A stretch of 64,000 nt of DNA from Yuukianura sp. NJ FZ-2021 (lineage: Eukaryota): NCBI GenBank assembly GCA_046563655.1, contig CM102285.1, positions 9,796,001-9,860,000 on the forward strand, written 5' to 3'. Shown here piece by piece: positions 47,331 through 58,600 of this stretch. The position numbers were made by a program, and so were the translations under genes. Each line of letters opens with the position of its first letter. Position 1 is the stretch's first letter. Below the pieces are notes generated by a model, which had not been told where the DNA came from, did not search any database, and was given only the letters and a program-made list of their open reading frames with translations.

Positions 47331-49725
47331 ATGGCCAGCATACTTGGTCTAGTCTTTCTTGGTCTTACTTTTCAGTTTTCAAGAATCAATGCTAACAGTT
47401 CTGGATTCAATAGAGAAAGTAGGCTGCTGGCTCAGTTCAATGAAGAACTTCGGGAATTCAATCATTTTGGAGCCGAAATTGCTTGGGAAATGAGTACAAA
47501 TCTGGAAAATTTCACTAATTTATTAGGTAAAATTCCAAAATTTTGAAAATAATCATGTCAAAGGCTAAATCAGTACGAAATTTGAATTATTCGGGGACTA
47601 TTTTAGCTGCAAATGAGAAACTAATATTGAGGAAGAACCTGTGGAACAATGACTGGTGTCTAAGGCTCCTTGACCACAAGTTTCAAAGTCTCTGGGACAA
47701 ACGTCAAGTGTACCTCATTTGCCGTGGTCCGCGATTTTCTTCTTATCAATTGAGGTTAATAGTCTCGACCTTTGACATTTCTCATAAAACGTCAACTTTT
47801 AAAATAATCTTTGTCAATTTCAACTTTATTCCTTTCTAGCAACGTTCTTGCAATTCTTGGGAAGCTTCGAAAGGTTTATGACACCAAACGTGTTTGTTTG
47901 GTAGATGGAAACTGCTATCGTATGGAACCTGACCTTACAAACTTAATGGAGCAAACACGAGATGAAAAGTTACTGAAAAGTGGCTGGACAGAGTGGCACA
48001 AGGTCATTGGAAAAGAACTTAGTGACCCATATGCACAATTGGTCAAACTCATGAATATCGGAGCACGTCAGGCAGGTAACTAAACTAGGAAACTGCATCT
48101 TCTTTCATAATTTCACACAAAAAACACACTAAACTAATTTCATACTTTATTTTGTTTTTAACAAGGCAAAAGTGACATTGGAGTTTGCTGGAGGGAAGAA
48201 ATGGAAACGCTCAATTTGAAACAAGATGTTTTAAATTTGTTTTCAAAAGTGAAGCGTCTGTTCACCCTTCTTCATGCATTTGTTCGTTTTAAATTGGAGC
48301 AATTCTACAAAATTGATCTGAAAAATGGCCCGATCCCTGCGCACCTACTAGGTTAAACATTCTTCATAATTCGTGATTCTCTTAATTAACTTGAAACACG
48401 TTTTGGTCCAGGGAACATGTGGGGTCAAAGGTGGGATAGCCTCATAAACATAATTTGGCCTATTGGAGAAAGTGACGAAAGTGAAAACAACCACATCATC
48501 AGAAGCCGCATCGGAAAACATGCAACAGTTCTTGACATGGTGAAATTTGCCAACGACTATTACATCAGAATGGGTAAAATTTTGAATTTTGTATTGTATA
48601 AAATGAAATTCTTAAAACGTTGAAATTTTGATTAGGTTTTCCTCCTCTTCCGCCAAAATTTATCCGAAATTCGTATTTTGAGACAAATTCTACTTCTGCA
48701 AACTGTCATGGCTCTGCTGCCAATATGTTTGGAGCAAAGGACTATCGAGTGATGATGTGTGCTAAAGTCGCTGATTCTGACCTTTTGACCTTGATTCATG
48801 AAGTGGGACATATCCACTATTTCATGGCCTATGAGCACTTACCGACTGTGTTTCAAGTAAGAATGTCTGCAAACTTACAATAGTTTCACACGTTTTACGA
48901 CTTTAATAGCATTTTGGCGTCCCATAACAATTAAAAGTTAATACAAAGTCGCAAAATGCTTACTAAGGATGGAGCAAATGCCGGTTTTCACGAAGCAGTG
49001 GGCGACGCTGTAACGTACGGAATGCTACCAAATCCCAGCCTAAGAGGATTACTGAAACTGGGTTTGTACAAACTTCCGCAAATTGCATTTGGACTGGTCG
49101 TTGATCTCTGGCGCTGGAAAGTATTTGAACATGAAAACGAATATGCCGATTGGAACAAATGGTGGTGGGAACTGAATCGGGAATTTCTTGGAGTTCGGAC
49201 GCCTGATGACTTCGTCAATAGTGATGGACTGGATGCTCTTGGGAAATGTAGCTAGAACCAATAATTGTTTCCAAATTTTTAAAGTCTTTAAAACATTCCT
49301 TAATTTCAAAAATTTGCAGATCATGTAGTGGACAATGTTCCGTACGTTCGGTACTTCTACGCAAGTTTCCTGCAGCATATGTTTTACAAGCGAATGTGTG
49401 GTGAACAAAATTACTGCAGTTTGGAAAATCGTGGAACCCAATTCAGGTATTTTATTGAAAATCATCTCCTGTTCAGAAAAGAAGATGATTTTGAATTAAT
49501 TTTTGTTTGAAATGGTTTGAACATTCACTTTGTAAGCACAATTACTCCTGTTCCTGTTGTAGAAAAATGCTCTCGCGTGGTTCCTCATCTCATTGGTCGC
49601 AAATTCTGGAGGAGTTTACGGGCTACCGAGAGGTAATGGCAGACCCTTTGCTGGAGTATTATAAACCGCTCCAGGATTTCCTGGAGCTTCAAATTCAGGC
49701 TAATCAAATTCCAGTCGGATGGTGA
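47331..49725 (+). CDS. Angiotensin-converting-enzyme-like (peptidase M2) zinc metallopeptidase, single domain, secreted, 572 aa; exons 47331-47526, 47607-47754, 47840-48075, 48166-48351, 48412-48573, 48636-48856, 48968-49247, 49320-49446, 49563-49725
   Basis: Signal peptide; LHAFVR, GPIPAHLLG|NMWGQRW, CHGSA, HEVGH zinc motif, GANAGFHEAVGD third ligand, VDLWRWKVF, GKYHV..NVPYVRYF, PLLEYYKPL and a terminal VGW* as in arthropod Ance-type enzymes. Phases are consistent, 1719 nt. AATAAA at about 49853. Confidence 0.93.
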
Positions 49726-50031
49726 ACAGAGCCTGAATCAGATCGCTTAACATAAAATTCGATGTCCAGTCTTTGTTGTTGTTTTTGCTTAAAAGTTCTA
49801 AAATCACAAGAAAATATTTAGTACAAGGTCTTGCTTTTGTCTATTTCACTGGAATAAACACTATTATTTGTGCCTCATGAATTGTTAAGGAATTATTCCA
49901 ATTAATTACTCTATTATAACTTTATTAATTATTAGAAACGTGACATAAAAAATAATTTAACTTTAATTTAATCGTAGTAGTAACTACCAGAGAATGTTTT
50001 GAGTTCAGTTTCGGGAAATAATTTGGAATTT

Positions 50032-51454
50032 TCAAGTTTCGAAATCTTGAGCAGAGTTTCCAGCAACGTAAAGTTTGGGGTCGTACCCCAGTTTTTCAAA
50101 GGTTGAGGCAAAGGAAGCAGCTTCGTTCAAAACTTCCTGTGGAATGGGTCGACGATTCGCCAAGTATTCAAAAGCCGCTGAACTGTTCGCCACTAGCGGC
50201 CTAAAAAATTAAAAACGACACAGACTAAAGCCAATTGCATACCCATTTTTTTTTAGTAAACTGAGTTGATATTTCTGAGACTGCAGTATAAACTTATCGT
50301 TAAAGTTAAGTCGGCTCACTTGGAACGATCATCTGCAACTGGAAGGATGGAAATCTGCTCTAGGAAGTAGAGTACAGAGTCCAGTGTTTCCCATGGAGAA
50401 ATGAACAAGTCTTCGTATCGAACAATGTAGCATGATTCAGGACCCAAATTGTCACACATCCTCAGCAAGTCGTCCATACTGTTGGACCATTGTAGAAATT
50501 CATTGTAGTAGGGTGGGGCCTCTTCGCCTTTTCGGATAGCCTAGCAAAATTATATTAACAACAAAGATCAATCAGTATTATACAGCAATTTTCCAAAAAC
50601 CATTATAAAATTTCATCTTACGTCATTGACAATTGCGTTGACCACCGGCCTTCCATCTCGAACTACGAAAATGAACTTGGCAATGGGAAACATGCGGCTT
50701 AGAAGTCCTGCGTAGTTGAAGATATCGTCCTCTTGAACACAAATAATTTCTTGAGATTTTTTGGCTTGGTGTTGGCCAAAGATAATCTGTCGAGCGAAGA
50801 CTTCAAACAGTTCGAGCAGAAGCTACGGTCAAAAGTGAGTAAAAAAAAGTTTACATGATACTGGAATAAATTCTCATTTAAATTATGATTTTCGTCAAAA
50901 CTTGCTTCTTTGTTAATGTTGGCTTCCTCAAGCCGGGTCATTTCCTTGCTAGACATAGTCCATTTCCTGAATAAGCGCAAAGCTTGTGCTAGCACCCCAG
51001 TGTCATTGTTGCAAGAAATCTTGACATAGCGCTCAATCACTTCTTCAACGACCTTGGTCCCTGACTGTTCGTAGCCTGATATGAATATGATCGGCTCCCG
51101 GCCATCATACGGCTTGGTCTGTGGAAATAGACACAAATTACTAATTAGGAATTTCAAAAGTAATGCTCAAATCTGACATAATGTGGGTGTTACCTTAATC
51201 ATAACCGGATTTTTTCTGACGATGCGTTCCGATGATTCGTTTTCTCCAAAGAGCTCCAGTGACTCGTGAGCAAAGTAAAAGTAATCGTAGTCGTCACCTT
51301 CACCTTTGGTATACTTTCTTACAAGGAAGCCAAAAATTAAAATCACAATAAGACATAGCATAACCAGTACTTTCCAATGCGATATCCGCTGCAGTCGGAA
51401 TCCTAGCAATACTCTGGCCCTATGACTCTGTGCTTTGAACCGTGAGTATGACAT
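50032..51454 (-). CDS. Protein-tyrosine sulfotransferase (TPST)-like type II membrane protein, 354 aa, catalytic motifs degenerate; exons 51194-51454, 50906-51118, 50622-50822, 50320-50540, 50032-50200
   Basis: N-terminal TM (VLVMLCLIVILIFGFLV). PIIFISGYEQSGT, KEMTRLEEA, LSRMFPIAKFIFVVRDGR, C...C.IVRYEDL, IPQEVL and KLGYDP are colinear with TPST1/2. The reading frame is intact across 1065 nt; intron 2 is GC-AG. Confidence 0.88.
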
Positions 51455-53347
51455 TGTACAAACTGATTACTGCAGCACAGCAGCACTAATCAACTATTTT
51501 TCGTTCTGCACAAACAGACCAACAGAGAATGCTTCAAAAAATCAACGCCCAAAAATGGTAACGGATCAGCAAAATAAAATTAAAAACTGGAGTGAGAGGA
51601 ATGAATATAAAAGGAAACAAAGAATTTCACAAAATTTGAAACAACAGGTTTGGCGCTCAATCTCCGAAATTGTTGTCGCGTCGCACCGTCAGAGAATGAT
51701 CAAGATCAAGTACAACCTGAATGATACTGATACATACACATTCTAAAAGTAAACCTGGGACAATTAAAGTTAGTCTTGTTTGTTTGTTGCTAATTATAAA
51801 AATTAAAACTAAAATGATTGTGCAAATTAATTTCTCGGTGTCAAGGATTCTCGGTATGCCATACAACACACCATTTCGTGGAAGTAGTAGAGAGTATCTT
51901 AGAATAGAAACAATAAAAACGATCATGTTTAGAAGAACAATGCATCGTTACAATTGCCTTCTATGAATACAATTAACTTTGCTCGCAAAACGTTCGATAT
52001 AACTTCGTTTAATTAGAACAGATCAAGTAAAGTAATGGAACTTTGGCTAACTATTAAATAGGATACAATATTAGTAGTACATGTATTATAAAGTCAGTAG
52101 TTAAATATTTAGCTGCGTAATTTTCACGTAGCCAACATTTGAGTTAATTTTCGATACATCCACAATTGCAATTCGGCTACAATTTTTTTTGGCTAGATTG
52201 TTTCTTGTTTGAATCACTAAAATTCGGTGTCATTTGAAAGTGTGCGTGCAGGGGATAGTAAACTGAAGTGCTGTTTGTTTTACATTTACCAGTAGTTTGG
52301 GATTCATTGTTAGTTTTTACATTAGATTCATTATGTTAAGTATGCTTATTAACTATTACAATTTGGTTCAGTTGTTACAACCTTTGGTTTGGTGTGAATA
52401 CTAAAAATGGAATATTCTGGTAATTATTGATCCCAATTTAATTAATCTAAACTACAACTAGAGAGAGAAAAAATGCTAAGCAGTAGCATATGAGTTGAAT
52501 TCAAAACTCAAAGGACAATTTTAACTGCACAGTTGATGATCATATAAAAATTGTAAAACTATAATAAGCACAAGTTAGCAAACTGAATCCAACCGTCACG
52601 CTTTAATTTGAAATTTTAACTTTGGTTTGAATTTAAGTTTTCTTTGCTTATGTAGCTTTATGTGTCCGGTTTTCCACGCATGTACTGGTAACTCTGAACG
52701 ATCAATTTGAAAATTAGAATTACAGTGATAGGTTGAAGTAAGGACGAAAACTCTTAAGGTTTCTTGCAGTCGTTGTAGCCAATAGAATTTAAAACAGTTT
52801 AAAAACTGTTACGTTATGTTCATCAACTTCAACCCACACGGTTGCATTTAACAACCACATAACTGTAGTGTAGCTTATGAAATTTTCCTTAGTTAATTCA
52901 ATCACTAAAAGTCTAGTCACTGAAAACAGGTTGACGTTAATTAGTTGCAGAAAATGGTAAGTGAATTGCATTCATTGTTCGGGATGGATTCTGTAAATGC
53001 TAATTTTTGGCCTGTACTTTCACCACAGTGCAGAGAAAGTTTCTAGTACTACTACTTGCCTTGTTAACTTAACATTTCAATATTTAGTTAGGAATAATTA
53101 TAAAACCCTTATACTCTTAATTTTGGAATTCAGTGAGAATTACTTAACGATAAAGTAGTTAAATAGAAGGAATGTTCACTCTCGAGAGATTCCAGACAAT
53201 TCCTCAAAAACTGAGGAACTGCTAAGTTTACGTTAGTAACGCTGTAAGTTTCACAACGAGAAAGGATTTAACAAAGAATGGTACATGGTGTATCACTGTA
53301 TGGTGTCAAAAATCCCTAGGAATCAACATGTAGTATTAAGGACTAGT

Positions 53348-55611
53348 CTATTGTGTCGTCGTAGGGTCACACTGTAAAAGTCGTACAATCGATGGGTCAC
53401 TTTTGGCCCCTTCAATGAACTCTTCAATTGACAGCTTCCCATCCATGTTCTTGTCCATTTGACGAAAGATCTTGTCCGTTCTTTTCTCAGGGGTTGATTC
53501 GTCTTCTGGCATCTTCATCACAGTGCCCACCATTTTGTAGATAGCCTGAAAATTTCCAGTTTTTAAAACTTAGTTTGAAAGTTTTAAATGATCTTGGTAC
53601 CATAAATCAAGTGAAAGTTGTAAAGGAAGACTAAAAGTAACTGCTTGTTTCCTGCTCCCTTTGGAAGCACACTGACTCCCCGCCTTCTCATTTTTCCACT
53701 TAAGGAAAGACGGGAAACGGAAATAAATCATACGCAACCTCTCGCTTTCTTTTCTAAAATGCTAAGAAAGCTTAACCTTTCCTCTGCTTTCTCCCAACAA
53801 AAGAAAATTTTAACAAAATTTCTGTCTTTTTTTTAAAAAAAAAAATACAGGATGTGGTTTGGACTAGGAGCATCTGGTTCCAGTCTGTACTTTCGATATA
53901 GATCTTTAGATGTAAGGTTTTTAGAAAACTTACGGAAACAATTTCCAACATTTCCTGCCTAGAGATGAATCCATTCCCATCCAAATCGTACATACTAAAA
54001 GCCCAGCGTAACTTTTGTTCCAACTTTCCACGAGATGTAACGGACAGGGCACACAAAAACTCTCGAAAATCAATTGTTCCGTCTCCATTTGCATCGAACG
54101 TTCGGAAAACATGTTCTGCAAACTATTTTCAAAAAACGAACAAAAAGAATCAAACTTTTGTTAGCTCAGACTTGACAGGTCAAAGTGAGAATCAATATTT
54201 GTTAGTACCCAAAACTCATGCGTAGTTACATCAAAATTCAATTTTTGAAAATAAAATTTGCAAATCTAAGAAACTTACTTTGGAAGCATCACCATACGGG
54301 AAAAAGTTTCCATAAATTTTTTTGAATTCATCAACGGATAGACAGCCTGATGGACAATCTTTTAGGAATCCTTTGTACCACTCCTGAATTTCAGCATCTG
54401 TTGAAAGATTTTCAAAAAAAGAGTCAAAACTTACGGAATTGCTTTTAGGTCAGTGAAAGCCTTTGCTGAGAAAGGAAGTTCAAAAATATCTTTCAAAAAA
54501 AAAAAAATGCCGACAAATTCAAAAATTGAAAGCAGCACGTTTTGGTTGCAAAACGCTTTCGCGTTTAAAAAGTTTTTAAATAACTTTCACCTTTCTTTAA
54601 CATTGAAAATGATGTTGCCGAACGGCTCATTACAAAATGAGTCTAAATTTTATGTAAGACCACTTTCACTTTTACGAAAGCAACAAGCAAAAAGAGATTC
54701 AACAGGAGAAATCGTTAAGATCATGTTCCGAACAACCACATATGCTATTGGTACATATTAACTGTCACTTTGGTTAAAGGTCGTGAGACTGGCAACAGCA
54801 GCACTTGTATAGTGAAATGAATTATTTTTATTACTAAATCTGTGTTCCGCCACGTTCCATGCTTCACTATTCCGACTTTCTTTCATTTTTTTTTTGTCAA
54901 AAGGAAAAGTTTTCTCGTTTTTTTATGGTTTCATAAGCTCAGCCTGTTCTAAACGACTTTTTGATCAGTCTGTTCATTTCGTCACAGAGAAAGAGCAAGA
55001 GCGGGTGAAATGAAAGTCTCGAACAAAAGAAAACACAGAAGAGACGAAAATGGCAAAAAAAAATCATAAAATGCAGAGACCAAATTAGTTCTTCCTAGAA
55101 TTAAATCTGATGCTTTCACCTATTACGTTACAAACTTTCTGGGGGCTCTCAGCCCTGATGCCTGGTGTGACCGACTCACCCGCCTCATGTACCGTAAAAT
55201 GTGTACGTTTCCCTGAACCTTGGTTAAATTGTCAACTCTAGGATTGTTATTACAAGAAACTAGAAAAACATTGCGTTGGTGGGCAAACGTAAGGAGAAAG
55301 CAGAAGACGGAGGAAAACAGGGATGTTATAATGATTTCTCCTGACGCAAGATTAATATTTTATTTCTCTCGGGGGTCTTTTCTTGACTTCCTCCTCGAAA
55401 TACAGTTTTCCCCACTGTGTCGTTCCCAACCTTTTCTAATGTCAACCATTTTCCCATTTCTTTTTTCCGAAGACAGTCCAGAGGTGGTGGGACTGGCGGA
55501 GAAAGGTAACTTTCTTCTAGGTACTTTTACTGTTCACTTACCCGAAAATTCAGTATTTTCCCTTAAATCATTGAGGACTTCTGGTTTGAGTTTACTGTTC
55601 CCTTTCCCCAT
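53348..55611 (-). CDS. Nca: Neurocalcin homolog (neuronal calcium sensor, EF-hand), 191 aa; exons 55542-55611, 54279-54397, 53934-54122, 53348-53545
   Basis: [13 protein letters not shown] (myristoylation consensus), [104 protein letters not shown]. Canonical splice sites. Confidence 0.96.
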
Positions 55612-58600
55612 CGCCTTTAAGTTTTCAAAAGTTTTTCTAGTGTTCCTCTCGTCGATCGATGAATAATTTAAAGTACGAGTTGTACGACACCACTACTGCT
55701 GGCTTCTGCTGGATACTCTAAAATATTTGAAGATCCAAGAGAACCCAGGAGAACTCTGGAGAAACAACAAGCTAATATTTAAGTTGGACAAAGTTTTTGG
55801 AAGAGGTAAAATTGTGCTGGTCCTTTGCAGAAGTTGTTCTTCCGCTCCCTGGATGTTGGTTATTTGACTTCAAGTCAAATTAAATTAAACTCCAAAAACT
55901 CAAAAGACGTCACACACGTCAGTTTCCTGGAGAAATGGGACTCGGGAGACAGTCCGCCCTGCCTTTAAATAGCATCAACAGTTACGCTTCAACCACTCTT
56001 GACCCAATTAACACAACGTTCGCTTGTCAAATTAGTTAATTCCAAATTTCCAAGGTTCGTTAGAATCCGAGTCGATTAAGGTTGGAACTGCTGTGGATGA
56101 GGAGGTCACGCTGGAGAAAGGCTGGTCACAGTAGCAGTTTCAAAACTTCTTGAATTGCCTGTCACGTTCGAATTAGTGACTACAAGGTTTGCAATTAAGC
56201 ATCCGCCCAACTTTACATGATGCTGAGTCAGGTAAGTGTTGCCGGAGGATTTTCGGCCTGCTGCTGGTAAATGTGTACAGGAGGTTGGTCCATAAATTGT
56301 GTCGACTGAAATCCGTCACCGGTGATGGTGCTGCTCCTGGGACCGGAGGGACTTTCCCTGCTAGAAAAACAAGAAAATAAGTCAGGCGGAGGACTTTCAC
56401 TTTCAGTGGAAAAATGCTTTTCCCTGAACCCCAGCAATGCCAGAATTTACACGTCGAATGGACAGGTTCTCCTGAAGGATGTCATGGGAAATTCAAGACA
56501 AATGGCTCATCCAATTCCCGGTAGACACTTCCACATTCAGGAGACTCTGGGTTGCAAGTTAGTGTTGGGAAAGGAAAGGGAACAAGCCCTGCAGCTTCCA
56601 CAAGCAGCAGCAAAGGTGGAATAAAATCCTCTCTCTCTGACCTTTTCCAAACAGAAAGTCTCAATTACTTACATCAAACGGAAAGAAATTCAATTATACT
56701 TTCACTTGAAAATTGAATCTTTCCCTTATTTTTCTAATGTACTAATATTTATTTCACAAATAAAACACTAAGTGTCTACAAGGAGTAAACAAGTGAAAGT
56801 TCGTCATCTTAAGGGAGTTGAATCAACAAAATATTTCAATTTTGTACTATTTTCTTCTAAATACCTTCCAAACTGCTACTATTTTGAAATTATTATGAAA
56901 CGAAACACTTTCACTTTCATTTTCGTTTCAGTAAAAATTAGTTTCAAGTTCAACATTTGCGCAGTAACTTATACACGCCAAGTTAATTGTAAGTAAACTA
57001 ACAAACCAGTTTACCCTTTGCTACCACTTGAACCTGGTTTAACCTTTCCCTAGGAGGTGTATGGAGAAACAGATTTCTAGTCTTTCTAGTGCTAACTAAA
57101 GTACCAATTCCATTGAGGGCTGTGCCAACCCTGGGAACGTTCGCATCTTTGCAAAAATGGCGGAAGGCTAATGTAGCAATTTGTCCGAAATGAGCTTTCC
57201 CAAAAGCCTAAACAAGACACGGCTTTACTTATTAGGAGAAAGCATTAAAAGTAAAAGTATCCCAGCAGATGCACATAACGGAAATTTGTGCTGACATTGC
57301 AGCAACCAGCTTTGTGTAAATTTCAAAAAGTTAGACTACGTAAGTAGTTTCAATTCATAATCTTAATTTTATACAGTTCAGGGTTCCCTGCTTTCACCAC
57401 CCATACAACTTACGGCTCAGTTCGGCTCTAGTACAGCGGTAACAACCCTTTGAATAATTGCAGCATGAAGTTTCTAAATTATTAATTGTCATAGCCATTT
57501 CGAACTTTAGGAATTTAGAGAAACGGAAAAGAAACAGCATGCGTACGAGTACTCAAATTCAAAACGTTAATTCTGAAACACTTTATGTCTCACTACCAGT
57601 AGCTGTTTTTGGAATAACACGAACATGAAAATTTACTTTATTTTGAGTCCAACACTTAAAACCTTTCTCTTGTTATATCACGAGATTCGATTTCACCTTC
57701 CTTCCTCCCTTCACTTTCCATACCTACAAACCGAAGTTTAAGTTAAGACAAAAACGTGCGTGCAAGGTGCCATTAACTCCAGCTACTTCTGCATCGTGCC
57801 TACCTTGTGACTCATATTTTCTCCACAACAGCTAAACACTCAATCCTGAAAACGAAACCTTTTCAATAATCCCTGGCACATTTAAACAAAAACCATTTCA
57901 GACGTCCTGAACGAACTGAAATAATTAAATGATAAAGACTGGGTACCCGCATTCCAGAAATCAAAACCAAAAAACTTAACTCCCAAGTACAAGCGCGGCA
58001 TACACGGGAATTTTCTAACTCTGAATTCCGCAATTACTGAGAATTCTTAACTTTCTAACCTGTTCAAACGCTTTCACAATTGGATAAACACGTTTCAAAG
58101 GTTAGAAAACTTGAGACAAAGTGCAATCTGCTCTGATTGCACTAATATGGTTAGGTCAGCTTTGGAATCAAAGAGAAAGAAAAAGTTACAAAGAGAACTA
58201 GAGACATTAGATTTAATGAGAAAGTGGAAGAAAAGTTCCCTGGAGCTTCCTTTTTCTTCTTAAAGTTAACATTAATTGGCTCTTGTTCTCCTTTGTTCCC
58301 CCGAAGAACCTCAAACCCCAGCAGAGTTCCAAGTTAGAACTTGCAACAAACAATCCAAATGATGGGCAAAGGAAAAAGAAAACTTTACCTTGAACTTTCT
58401 CCCACATACCCGCAGTTTCTCAAACACAAAAGCTCCTGCTGGTGGGAAGCTTTCTGTCTAGTCTTCAACTAATCCTGGTCAAAACTTTGTTTTCCTCATT
58501 TCTCCCATGCGATAGTACCGTAGCCTAGTATGTTTTGGTATCCCACGAGTGTCAACCAGTGAACATAAAGTGGACAGTTTCATCTTGTTCTATGAACTGA

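Noticed and set aside
50243..50260. Possible 18-nt in-frame microexon in TPST-like intron 4
   Set aside because: It would leave a 42-nt downstream intron, shorter than the others in this window, and does not restore the missing TPST motif.
56173..56664. Cluster of overlapping 60-100 aa ORFs upstream of neurocalcin
   Set aside because: No motifs or consistent exon structure; more likely promoter/UTR sequence with locally higher GC.
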